Positions 45,663 to 54,476 are shown, counted from the first letter of the stretch. The stretch is DNA of 64,000 nt from Chlamydiae bacterium RIFCSPLOWO2_12_FULL_45_20 (GCA_001796285.1 MGMD01000002.1:5929-69928); one strand, 5' to 3'. Program-made: numbers and translations. The notes: generated from the letters alone by a model not told the origin.

Positions 45663-47765
45663 TTATGCCTTTACTGGCTGGTTAAGGGTCGCTTTATGGC
45701 TGAGCCGAATTTGACCTCGATCATTGATGTCGATGACTTTGACATCAATCTCGTCGCCTTCTTTGAAGTTGGTATCATGGATATTTTGGATTCTCTTATC
45801 AGAGATTTCTGAAATATGGCACAACCCTTCTTTCCCTGGAAAAATCTCCACAAAAAACCCAAACTGGACAATCGAAGTGATCTTGCCGCAGTAGGTGCGG
45901 CCCATTTCAGCCTCTGCTGTAAGGCTATGGATGATCGCTTTGGCTTTTTCCATGGCCTCAGAACTATTGGAAGCAATGCTAATCAAGCCGTTATCATCGA
46001 TATTAATCTCAACGCCCGTTTCATCAATGATGGAGCGGATTTGCTTGCCGCCAGGTCCAATCACAATGCCAATTTTGCTCGGCTTGATTTGGATCGTTTC
46101 AATTCTTGGTGCATAGACGGACATTTTCGCATTCGACTCTGGGCAGACAGCCAGCATTTTTTGCAGGATATGTTCTCTTCCTGCTTTGGCTTGGAAAAGC
46201 GCTTCTTTCATAATATTTTTGTTAATTCCTTCCACCTTGATATCCATCTGAAAGGCGGTAATCCCATGCTGATCTCCAGTAATCTTAAAATCCATATCGC
46301 CTAAAGCGTCTTCAGCCCCCAAGATATCAGAGAGAATAGCAAACTCCTGTCCTTCCAAAATGAGCCCCATGGCGATTCCTGCGACGGGGCGCTCAATCGG
46401 GACTCCCGCGTCCATCATGGCCAAGCAGCCGCCACAGACAGAAGCCATAGAAGAAGAACCGTTCGATTCAGTGATATTGGATTCCAAGCGAATGACATAA
46501 GGAAATTGTTCTTGCGTCGGGAGAACTGCTGCCAGAGCTCTTTCGGCTAGTTTTCCATGACCTACTTCTCTTCGTCCAGGAGGGCCTGCTCGCCCTACTT
46601 CACCGACAGAAAAGGGCGGGAAGAAGTATTGTAAGTAAAAGCGCTGGGTTCCTTCTCCACTTAGATCTTCAAATCTCTGGGCTGTATTTTCACTTCCCAA
46701 GGTGCAAACGGCAATCGATTGGGTTTCTCCTCTTGTGAAAAGAGAGCTTCCATGGGTGCGAGGCAAAAGGCCTTGCTCGATATAAATGGGACGGATATCC
46801 TGAAGGCCTCTTCCGTCCATCCTTTTTTTCTCTATGAGGATCCTCTTGCGCATTAAGGCAGATTGGAGGTTTTTATAGGCCGCAAGCACATCTGCTTTTG
46901 TCGCTTCAGTAGCTGTCGACCCGAGAATATTGATCACTGTCTCTTTGATCTCGGCAAGAGTTTTTTCCCTCTCCTGCTTGGATGAAATCTGGAGCGCAGA
47001 CTCTAATAGGGAGCTGGCTGCAGAGTGTACTGCCGTCTCCACCTCTTTCGAAATCTTGCGGAGGATCCCCCTATTTTTGGGCTTCCCAATCTTTTGAGCC
47101 CATGCTGTCAGCTGGTGGCAAATCTCATGAATCGCCTTATGACCCATTTCAATGGCATCCAACACTTTTTCTTCTGATAAAAAATCACAGTACCCTTCAA
47201 TCATCAAGATCGCATCTTCAGTTCCGGCAAGAATAAGGTCGAGCTTCGATTGTTTCATCTCCTCTAGGGTTGGGTTAATGATCAACTCTTGGTCGATCAT
47301 TCCCACCCGGACGGCGCCAATCGGTTTGATGAGGGGAATGTCAGAAATAGCAAGAGCAGCAGAACAAGCGCAAATAGCCAAGACGTCAGGCTGGTGAATT
47401 CCATCGAAAGAAAAGACATAAGAGAGGAGCTGAACCTCATTAAAATATCCTTCTTCAAACATGGGTCTTAGGGGGCGGTCGATCAGGCGACACACGAGGA
47501 TTTCTCTTTCCTGAGGCCTTCCCTCTCTTTTGATAAAACCGCTTGCAGTTTTCCCAACAGACGAATATTTCTCCTGATAGTCAACCCTTAAGGGGAAGAA
47601 ATCGATGGCTGGATCGGCTGTTGGTGCTGCGCAAGCGCTTGCGAAGACGACTGTATCTTCACAGTGAACCATCACAGATCCATTGGCTTGGCGAGCGATC
47701 TGCCCGGTTTCAAATTTTAGGGTTTTATTTCCGACCTGAATTAAGATTGTTTCGCGCTTGAACAT
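45663..47765 (-). CDS. pnp: Polyribonucleotide nucleotidyltransferase (PNPase)
   Basis: The ORF is 700 aa with two RNase PH domains, KH and S1 (..GKITSIVQFGFFVEI..). Confidence 0.97.
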   Translation of the reverse strand: MFKRETILIQVGNKTLKFETGQIARQANGSVMVHCEDTVVFASACAAPTADPAIDFFPLRVDYQEKYSSVGKTASGFIKREGRPQEREILVCRLIDRPLRPMFEEGYFNEVQLLSYVFSFDGIHQPDVLAICACSAALAISDIPLIKPIGAVRVGMIDQELIINPTLEEMKQSKLDLILAGTEDAILMIEGYCDFLSEEKVLDAIEMGHKAIHEICHQLTAWAQKIGKPKNRGILRKISKEVETAVHSAASSLLESALQISSKQEREKTLAEIKETVINILGSTATEATKADVLAAYKNLQSALMRKRILIEKKRMDGRGLQDIRPIYIEQGLLPRTHGSSLFTRGETQSIAVCTLGSENTAQRFEDLSGEGTQRFYLQYFFPPFSVGEVGRAGPPGRREVGHGKLAERALAAVLPTQEQFPYVIRLESNITESNGSSSMASVCGGCLAMMDAGVPIERPVAGIAMGLILEGQEFAILSDILGAEDALGDMDFKITGDQHGITAFQMDIKVEGINKNIMKEALFQAKAGREHILQKMLAVCPESNAKMSVYAPRIETIQIKPSKIGIVIGPGGKQIRSIIDETGVEINIDDNGLISIASNSSEAMEKAKAIIHSLTAEAEMGRTYCGKITSIVQFGFFVEIFPGKEGLCHISEISDKRIQNIHDTNFKEGDEIDVKVIDINDRGQIRLSHKATLNQPVKA

Positions 47766-47814
47766 TTACCTTCTTCTCCATTGTAATGGCATGAAAAGGT
47801 AAAGGATGCGACTT

Positions 47815-47843
47815 TAAAAAACAAGGGGCGATCACTCGCCCCT
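47815..47843 (-). terminator. Intrinsic terminator/attenuator hairpin between rpsO and pnp
   Basis: The minus strand reads AGGGGCGAGTGATCGCCCCT followed by TGTTTTTT, 7 nt after the rpsO stop. Confidence 0.65.
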
Positions 47844-47849
47844 AACAAA

Positions 47850-48119
47850 TTATTTTCTTAGGTTTAGACGGACAATAAGGCTCTGATAGCGTTTTGTGTC
47901 CGTGGAATTGAGATAATCAAGAAGTTTTCGTCTTTGGCCGACAAGCTTTAAAAGAGCAAGCCGAGAGCTGTGGTCTTTTGGAGCTAGCTTCAAGTGTTCT
48001 GTTAATTCAGCAATTCTCTCAGTCAAAATAGCGATCTGGACGTCAGCAGAGCCTGTGTCCTTCTCGTGTAACTGAAATTTTTTCGTGATCTCTTCTTTCG
48101 TACCTTTATCTAAAGACAT
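47850..48119 (-). CDS. rpsO: 30S ribosomal protein S15
   Basis: The 89-aa ORF carries ..[47 protein letters not shown]. Confidence 0.95.
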   Translation of the reverse strand: MSLDKGTKEEITKKFQLHEKDTGSADVQIAILTERIAELTEHLKLAPKDHSSRLALLKLVGQRRKLLDYLNSTDTKRYQSLIVRLNLRK

Positions 48120-48279
48120 GGAGCCAAGTTCTCCGCTTTTTCTTAAGTAATGTTTAGACGTTTGTTATCCCGCATTATAGCGGATTTTGATTAATCGGGC
48201 AATCCCCCTAAATTTTCGCTTTTGGTTCGCGACTGTTTTTGCTATGCTTTCAAAGCATTGTTAACCTTTCGGATGGTAT

Positions 48280-48912
48280 ATGGAGAATCAATTTCAAGTT
48301 TTAGAGACCTGGACTTTTGAGATTTTAGAGGCTATCAAAAAAGATATTAAACAGGAGCATATGGATGCTCATTTGGAGTTCTATCGCAAGTATTTTGGAA
48401 ACCGTCCGAAAAAAGGTCTTACGACGACTGAAATTTTTAGTGCTTATGCCAAAGAGCTATCTGAAGGCAATGAAGAATTTTCTGCATGGATTGTGAACCG
48501 CTGGGTTTTTAAAAATGGGGAGCTATATGAGCACTTTGTCAATCAGTTGTCATCCATCAATCCAGATTTTGCTTCCATTGAAACCTTGAATTTAGAGGAA
48601 AGTCAGAGGGTATTAGAGGGGGCTGAGGAGTCTTTTGGAGCGATCCCTGTGTTTCTTTTTTCTCTTCTTAATGGGGTCGTCTTCCCCAAGACTGTCCTGA
48701 TGGATCTGGAGAAAAAAGCGGAAATAGCGAGGCAAGCTAGAGACTCTCAGGTCGAGCAAACCCAGGAACAGCAAAGTTTTGAGAAGGTAATCGCATCTCA
48801 ACAGCGAGAGATTACGCGTCTTGAGGCCAAACTTTTAGGGGTGCAAAAGAAGTATACGCGGGACACGGAAGCTCTCAAAAAACACGTCAAAGCACTTCAG
48901 AAACAACAGTAG
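48280..48912 (+). CDS. Hypothetical protein with a C-terminal coiled coil
   Basis: The 210-aa ORF shows good coding character. I recognise no motif. Confidence 0.6.
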   Translation: MENQFQVLETWTFEILEAIKKDIKQEHMDAHLEFYRKYFGNRPKKGLTTTEIFSAYAKELSEGNEEFSAWIVNRWVFKNGELYEHFVNQLSSINPDFASIETLNLEESQRVLEGAEESFGAIPVFLFSLLNGVVFPKTVLMDLEKKAEIARQARDSQVEQTQEQQSFEKVIASQQREITRLEAKLLGVQKKYTRDTEALKKHVKALQKQQ

Positions 48913-48930
48913 AGACTTCTTTTTGGTATT

Positions 48931-49404
48931 ATGTTAGAACGCGATGAACTCTTTATGAAGGAGGCTTTGAAGGAGGCGAAAAGAGCTTTTGATGCAGGGG
49001 AAGTCCCTGTGGGAGCTGTTCTTGTGCACCAAAATCGGGTGATTGCAAGAGGCCACAATCAAGTAGAGCTTCTTCAGGATGCTACAGCTCATGCGGAGGT
49101 GCTCTGTCTTTCTGCAGGATCTCAGGCTCTTTCCAATTGGAGGCTTGTAGAAACGACTCTTTACTGTACGTTGGAGCCCTGTCCGATGTGTGCAGGTGCG
49201 CTCCTTTCTGCAAGGGTGACCCGCCTTGTTTGGGGAGCCCCAGATCTCCGTCTGGGTGCGAACGGAAGTTGGGTTGATTTATTGACCATGCGGCATCCTA
49301 TGCATGCAGTTTCGGTTACTTCCCGTGTACTGGAAGCAGAAGCTGCCGATTTGATGCGCACATTTTTTCAAAAACAGCGGCACAAAAGTAGACCTTTTGC
49401 ATGA
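48931..49404 (+). CDS. tadA: tRNA-specific adenosine deaminase
   Basis: It has the HAEVLCL and PCPMCAGAL zinc motifs. Confidence 0.9.
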   Translation: MLERDELFMKEALKEAKRAFDAGEVPVGAVLVHQNRVIARGHNQVELLQDATAHAEVLCLSAGSQALSNWRLVETTLYCTLEPCPMCAGALLSARVTRLVWGAPDLRLGANGSWVDLLTMRHPMHAVSVTSRVLEAEAADLMRTFFQKQRHKSRPFA

Positions 49405-49619
49405 TTCGTATGTTGGATGATTTAATCAGGGGGCAAGAACAAAAACTCTGGGAAACGGCCCGTAGGATCGTTCCCCATATCACGCCTGATGATCTTTTGC
49501 AGCCAAACGATTTTCCTAAGCTCGAGATGAACCCCTATTTTCGACATGAAGAAGGAATTTTGGATGGACTGAGGATGGCCAAAGCGGCGCTCCAAGCTGA
49601 GAAGATGTCTACTTTGTAA
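49401..49619 (+). CDS. Small hypothetical protein coupled to tadA
   Basis: The 72-aa ORF has an ATGA overlap with the tadA stop. Its 3' end overlaps the convergent GT gene by 11 nt. Confidence 0.45.
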   Translation: MIRMLDDLIRGQEQKLWETARRIVPHITPDDLLQPNDFPKLEMNPYFRHEEGILDGLRMAKAALQAEKMSTL

Positions 49620-50295
49620 ACACCCTCTGAGTCCGAATGATGAATTTTCCGTGGTAGCCGTGCCAGTGTAAGATAGCAGCATCGCTTCTTTCTTCAGAGC
49701 GGCGGCTCCAGTTATAAATGGGTGGAAGTTCGTCGATTCTGATGTTGCGCTCACCAATCATGTGGGAAAAGACTTCTTGATCGCCGCGAAATGTTTTATT
49801 TTTAAGATAGCACCATTCTGCCCAACATTGTAGAAGAGGGTGGTTGTTTCGAAAAGCGATGACACCGGAATTGTAGAGTGGGTATTGGGCGAGATAGGGG
49901 TTTTGTTCCAAGGCCATGGCGAAGTGACTTGCGTATTCAAAAAGAGGGGTAAGGGGGGCCTTTACCTCGCAGTCAACGTCGATCCAAAGGGTTTTTGCAA
50001 AAGGTGATTGGAGACATGCCAAAGGTTTTTTGAACCAAGCGTTACGGGCCTCTACGAATTGTAGGCCTGCCTCGCATTCCCATTGCTTTTTCATGTCTGG
50101 AGCGGGGTTTTCGGCAAAATCGACGACTCTTAGAGGAATGAGCTTGCCCCGTTCCCTGCACCATTTCTTTTTTTCATAAGACAGGCCGAGATCGATGAAG
50201 GCAACAGGGAAGGTGTTCCATTGTCGATAGCGTTCCCACCACCACGGAAGAGCCCACTCAAGGGTTTGATCAGACCCAACGATGATTCCATTCAT
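49609..50295 (-). CDS. GT-A fold glycosyltransferase (GT8-like), paralogue A
   Basis: Motifs are LEWALPWWWERY, the DxD-like LWIDVDCEV, YNSGVIAFR, GDQEVFSHMI and ILHWHG. It is a paralogue of 52973..53713. Confidence 0.6.
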   Translation of the reverse strand: MNGIIVGSDQTLEWALPWWWERYRQWNTFPVAFIDLGLSYEKKKWCRERGKLIPLRVVDFAENPAPDMKKQWECEAGLQFVEARNAWFKKPLACLQSPFAKTLWIDVDCEVKAPLTPLFEYASHFAMALEQNPYLAQYPLYNSGVIAFRNNHPLLQCWAEWCYLKNKTFRGDQEVFSHMIGERNIRIDELPPIYNWSRRSEERSDAAILHWHGYHGKFIIRTQRVFTK

Positions 50296-50298
50296 GGG

Positions 50299-52257
50299 TC
50301 AAGCCAGCCACTTATAGCGTAAAATCTTGCTTTGGATGGCCTCAAAAGCGCTTTTTGTAATGTTTGGGCAATCTCGTATGGATAGAATCATGAGGTTTTG
50401 ATTAGCAGATAAAAGGGGGATGAGTCCTGCATCGGTAATGTGCTGTAAGTTTGAAAAGTAAATCGCGTTCAAATTCCTTTGCGTTTTTGCCAACTTTTGT
50501 AAATCTTCATCGCTGAGTTTTGACGCACCTAGCTGTAGAACTCTTAATGAGGGGAGGTTTTGGATCCAGTCCAAGGTCATGTGAGGACAGTCAATGGCTT
50601 TGAGATGGACGAGATGGGGTAGGTTTTCCCAGCCCGCAGAGGAGATATCGTCCAGGCCATCTAAGTAGAGCTTTTCGATGTTTGGGCAGAGTTGGAGGAA
50701 AGAGGCGATTCCTTGATTGGTTATAAGGAGGCATCCGTCCAGAGAAAGGGAGGAGAGGTTTGGGTGTTTTTTGGCTATTTCCAGAAGCATAGCATCTGTC
50801 ATTTTTAAAGAGTTTGTAAAATCAAGATGCATCGAGCACTCTATTTTTTCAGGAGGTATTTCAGAATAATAGGTGTCTAATGAGGCAAAAAACTCTTCTG
50901 TTTTTTTGCGAAGGGAGGTTCCCTCTACAATGCGGTTTACTGTTTCATCAGGATCTTTTTCTAAATGATAGAGGCACTCTTTTTCATCGCTTACGATGTA
51001 TTTCCAGGGGCCTTCTCGGCACCCTTTGGCTGGGGTATCGAAGGGATGGCTAAAAAAAATAGGGGCGTTGGAGGGGTAAAGAAGACTTTTCCCTAAACTT
51101 TGGTGGGGGGTATGGATGTGTAAAAGGTCAAGCAGAGTGGGAAGTAGATCCACTTGAGAGGAAAGGGTGTCGATGGTTCTTGGCCGATCTATCCTTCCTT
51201 CAGCAAGGATCAGCAGTGGAACGTGTATATTGTCTTGGTAAAGATCTCGATTCACTTCAAAATGAGGCCCACGATCTTCGAGTTGCTGCCCGTGATCCCC
51301 GTAAATGAAGAGGATGCTTTTTTTCAGAAGGTCACCATCGGCAAGGGCATCAATGAGGATTTGAAGCGCCTTATCGGTGTAGGCGAAGGTATTGAGAAAT
51401 CCATGTTTTTTTTCTGGGTGAATCCATGGATGGTGATTGGTAATCGTGTAGAGATTGAGGAAAGTGGGGACTTTTTGGGTTTTCAGCCACAAAGCGGCTG
51501 TTGTCATGAGATGTTCGTCATAAATGCCCCAGCTTGTCCCTGGCTTTGCGATGTTTCTTTTTCCTAAAATGGTCTGAAAGCCGTGCTTTTCAAAGAACTC
51601 TGCTTCGTGGTCAAAGGCTGTGGAACCTCCTTGGATAACCGTTGGATAGTAGCCATGTTTTGCCAGTAGGCGGGGCAGCCCAACCAGAGGGAGGTCGGCG
51701 TAATGACCTAAATGCCAGGGCTCATGGGCTGGAGGAACCCCGCATAGAGTGGAGAGGATGGAGCGGTTGGTTAAATTGCCGGTAGCGTGGAAGTTTGTAA
51801 ACAGAAGGCCCCTTTTGGCGAGTCGATCAAAATGGGGGCTTAACGCTTGTTTTGCTCCCAAACAGCCGACATTTTTGGCTCGGAAGGATTCTAAACTAAT
51901 GAAGAGGATGTGCGGTTTATCTTCTGTATGGATGTCAAAAAGCTTCTGGCCTTGGGGGACGGAAATTTGGAATGGAAAGGAGGAAGCTAGGTTTTTTTTT
52001 CTTTTTCTTCGAAAGAGGAGCCAGAGCGGATGGGGCCATTTTGTCACGAGTATGCATGGGATAGAGAACCAGGGAAACATCCAGAGGAGAGGGGCTAGAA
52101 GAAGCAAGAGAGACAATATTTTTTTGCCAGAGCTAAAAAAACTCCATGGGTTTTTTAACAGTTGAAAATGGGACCGTTGGAGTCGAATGCGATACTTGAG
52201 GAATAGAATGGAATCACTCACGCAGTAAAGCGCAATGAAAACAAGGATTCGCTTCAT
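50299..52257 (-). CDS. Membrane-anchored alkaline-phosphatase-superfamily transferase (LtaS/OpgB/EptA fold) fused to C-terminal eukaryote-type cysteine-containing LRRs
   Basis: It has N-terminal TM helices, then PHILFISLESFRAKNVG...FHATGNLTNRSILSTLCG...IYGDHG (PF00884-like). The last ~175 aa are ~25-residue repeats of the form L..L.L.GC..IT..G (..PNLSSLSLDGCLLITNQGIASFLQLCPNIEKLYLDG.., ..LSIRDCPNITKSAF..). Confidence 0.7.
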   Translation of the reverse strand: MKRILVFIALYCVSDSILFLKYRIRLQRSHFQLLKNPWSFFSSGKKILSLLLLLAPLLWMFPWFSIPCILVTKWPHPLWLLFRRKRKKNLASSFPFQISVPQGQKLFDIHTEDKPHILFISLESFRAKNVGCLGAKQALSPHFDRLAKRGLLFTNFHATGNLTNRSILSTLCGVPPAHEPWHLGHYADLPLVGLPRLLAKHGYYPTVIQGGSTAFDHEAEFFEKHGFQTILGKRNIAKPGTSWGIYDEHLMTTAALWLKTQKVPTFLNLYTITNHHPWIHPEKKHGFLNTFAYTDKALQILIDALADGDLLKKSILFIYGDHGQQLEDRGPHFEVNRDLYQDNIHVPLLILAEGRIDRPRTIDTLSSQVDLLPTLLDLLHIHTPHQSLGKSLLYPSNAPIFFSHPFDTPAKGCREGPWKYIVSDEKECLYHLEKDPDETVNRIVEGTSLRKKTEEFFASLDTYYSEIPPEKIECSMHLDFTNSLKMTDAMLLEIAKKHPNLSSLSLDGCLLITNQGIASFLQLCPNIEKLYLDGLDDISSAGWENLPHLVHLKAIDCPHMTLDWIQNLPSLRVLQLGASKLSDEDLQKLAKTQRNLNAIYFSNLQHITDAGLIPLLSANQNLMILSIRDCPNITKSAFEAIQSKILRYKWLA

Positions 52258-52961
52258 CGGTTTTTATTGGGTTGGTAGAGCCAGTAGTATTTAAAGGGAT
52301 CAGCTTTTAATGTTTCAAAAGCTCGGATATTGCCTGATTGGACGAGTTTCCAATTATGAAAGAGGCGGTCGTAGGCGATAGGGGAACGGTACGTAGCCCA
52401 ATATAGCGGAATGGATGCAGGCACTGGCTTTTTGACATTCCCTGTTGGGTCAAGGGTATGCGTCGTTGCAGCACAGGATTCTCGAAAAAAAAGATGCCCA
52501 TCGGGTTGGAGCCACAGATGAAGTTTTTGGATGAGGGATTGGACCTCGCTATCTTCAAGATACATGAAAACCCAACTGATGAAGATAAGATCAAAAGACT
52601 TTTCCTCAAAAGCCGCATCCATCACATCTGAGAGGAGCCATTCAATATTGGTACATTCTTTGGCTCTTTTTTTGCTCTCTTCAATAAATTGTGGACACAC
52701 GTCCAAAGATACAACCTTTTTGGCACAGCACGCGAATTCCTGAGTAAAGCGACCGATTCCGGCACCGAGATCTAAGATGACTTTGTGTTTTAAAGGGGGC
52801 AGTAAGCTTACAATTTCAGGTCGTTCTAAGGCGTCGAGCTCTTGCGCTTCAGCGTTTAAAAACATTGAATAAAGTTGGGCCGGCTTGGTTTTCCAGTAAT
52901 TTTTTGCTTGCTCTCGTCCCATGGTAAACCTATATTTTAAAAAATGTACAGAGTCCAGCAT
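52254..52961 (-). CDS. Class I SAM methyltransferase resembling the plant/nematode phosphoethanolamine N-methyltransferase domain
   Basis: Motifs are KNYW..., ERPEIVSLLPPLKHKVILDLGAGIGRFTQEFA, FDLIFISWVFMYLEDSEV, WLQPDGHLFFRESC and ...YYWLYQ. An alternative start is ATG 52922. A 4-nt overlap links it to the downstream gene. Confidence 0.7.
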   Translation of the reverse strand: MLDSVHFLKYRFTMGREQAKNYWKTKPAQLYSMFLNAEAQELDALERPEIVSLLPPLKHKVILDLGAGIGRFTQEFACCAKKVVSLDVCPQFIEESKKRAKECTNIEWLLSDVMDAAFEEKSFDLIFISWVFMYLEDSEVQSLIQKLHLWLQPDGHLFFRESCAATTHTLDPTGNVKKPVPASIPLYWATYRSPIAYDRLFHNWKLVQSGNIRAFETLKADPFKYYWLYQPNKNR

Positions 52962-52972
52962 AAGATAGCAAA

Positions 52973-53713
52973 ATGACAGGAAAGGATCGAGGAGTATTTG
53001 TCGCTACAGATGAGGTGCTTGAATGGCTTCTTCCTTGGTGGTGGGGGAACTATTCTGAAACGAATAAGCTGCCTGTGTGTTTTGGGGATTTTGGCATGTC
53101 GGATCGCGCGAGAAGATGGTGCCAGGCCAGAGGTCTTTATGTACTTATATCGTTAGAGCACCTTCGAATGGCAGACAAAGAGCGAATAGGCTCCGCTCGA
53201 TTGCAAGAGTGGGAAAAGAACTTAAGTCCTTTTTGGGGTTCTAGGGGGGCTTGGTTTAAAAAGCCTTTTGGGATGCTCGCGAGTCCTTTTGAGGAGACTC
53301 TTTGGATGGATCTTGACTGTGAAGTCATGGGCGCGATTGAGCCGGTGTTTGAGCACTTAAAATCCTCTTTTTGCTTGATGAAACTGAGAGAAGAGGGGAA
53401 GAAGGTGCTTTATAATAGTGGAGTGGTCGTATTTCGAAAGGGCTCTCCAGTGCTTCCAGTCTATGCGGACTATGCGATGCGTTACAACCATAAATTTTTG
53501 GGTGATCAAGACGCTTTATCAGAGCTTATTTATAAAAAGAAGTTTCAGGTAGACTCTTTGCCGGATATTTATAACTGGCAGATGTGTCGAGGATTGAACA
53601 TCGCTGCGAAAATTCTCCATTGGACGGCAGGTTGGGGAAAGGAATATATTCGGAGGTATGGAGGGCTTCGGCACCGCCTAGCCTGCTCCCTGCATCCAGG
53701 AATGCGCGTATGA
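52973..53713 (+). CDS. GT-A fold glycosyltransferase (GT8-like), paralogue B
   Basis: Motifs are LEWLLPWWWGNY, LWMDLDCEV, YNSGVVVFR, GDQDALSELI and ILHWTAGWGK. Confidence 0.6.
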   Translation: MTGKDRGVFVATDEVLEWLLPWWWGNYSETNKLPVCFGDFGMSDRARRWCQARGLYVLISLEHLRMADKERIGSARLQEWEKNLSPFWGSRGAWFKKPFGMLASPFEETLWMDLDCEVMGAIEPVFEHLKSSFCLMKLREEGKKVLYNSGVVVFRKGSPVLPVYADYAMRYNHKFLGDQDALSELIYKKKFQVDSLPDIYNWQMCRGLNIAAKILHWTAGWGKEYIRRYGGLRHRLACSLHPGMRV

Positions 53714-53753
53714 GGCACTAGGATTAGGGCGCAGTAATCCAAAATCGACAAGG

Positions 53754-54473
53754 ATGGAAGTAAATATGCATGCCACGAATATACCATATCAGGACCAAGG
53801 GATTGAGCTTGAAGGATTCGTTGCCATTCCAAGTGAAGAAAAACGTCCTGTTGTAATTCTTTGCCATGCATGGAATGGAAGAGACGCCTTTATATGCGAA
53901 AAGGCAAAAGCAATAGCTGAATGGGGATATGTTGGCTTTGCCCTCGACATGTATGGTATATTAGGTAAGTCAAAGGAGGAAAATGCCGCTTTAAAAAAGC
54001 CATTTATGGAAAACCGTCAACGGTTGCTAAATCGTGTTATTCAAGGCTTTGAGATAGTTTGTAACCTGCCTTATGTAGATTCAAAACGTGTCGCAATTTT
54101 GGGGTTTGGCTTCGGAGGCGTATGTGCTCTCGATCTTGCTCGCAGCGGGGCTGACCTGCAGGGAGCCATTAGTGTATATGGTCATTTTGATCCCCCTCCC
54201 CATTCGTGTATGCAAGCTATTAAAGCGAAAATTTTGATACTTCACGGATACAACGATCCTGTCTCCCCACAAAGTGAGCTTAGAGGCTTTGAGTTGGAAA
54301 TGAACAAAGCAAAGGTCGACTGGCAAGCTCATATTTATGGAGATGCTATGCATGCATTCGCAACGCCAGGTGCAAATGATCCAGCATCAGGCATTCTTTA
54401 TCATCCTACTGTTGCATCACGCGCCTGGACTGCTACGCATAACTTTCTCGATGAAATCTTTAGTGGTAAGTAG
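53754..54473 (+). CDS. Dienelactone hydrolase-family alpha/beta hydrolase
   Basis: It has VVILCHAWNGRD, a nucleophile-elbow-like ILGFGFGG and a C-terminal ..GDAMHAF. The likely start is MHATNI at 53766. Confidence 0.8.
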   Translation: MEVNMHATNIPYQDQGIELEGFVAIPSEEKRPVVILCHAWNGRDAFICEKAKAIAEWGYVGFALDMYGILGKSKEENAALKKPFMENRQRLLNRVIQGFEIVCNLPYVDSKRVAILGFGFGGVCALDLARSGADLQGAISVYGHFDPPPHSCMQAIKAKILILHGYNDPVSPQSELRGFELEMNKAKVDWQAHIYGDAMHAFATPGANDPASGILYHPTVASRAWTATHNFLDEIFSGK

Positions 54474-54476
54474 TGC

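Noticed and set aside
45007-46304. Plus-strand ORFs (45007..45462, 45816..46304, 45895..46116) opposite aspS and pnp
   Set aside because: They are antisense to genes with unambiguous motifs. They have no Shine-Dalgarno and no recognisable domains.
51154-52165. Plus-strand ORFs of 137 and 138 aa opposite the LtaS-fold/LRR gene
   Set aside because: The minus-strand frame carries the PF00884-like motifs and runs continuously for 652 aa. The plus-strand ORFs are shadows.
50299-52257. Annotation as a true sulfatase
   Set aside because: I cannot find the C/S-x-P-x-R formylglycine motif. The LESF and Thr-containing blocks, together with the N-terminal membrane anchor, fit LtaS/OpgB/EptA-type transferases instead.
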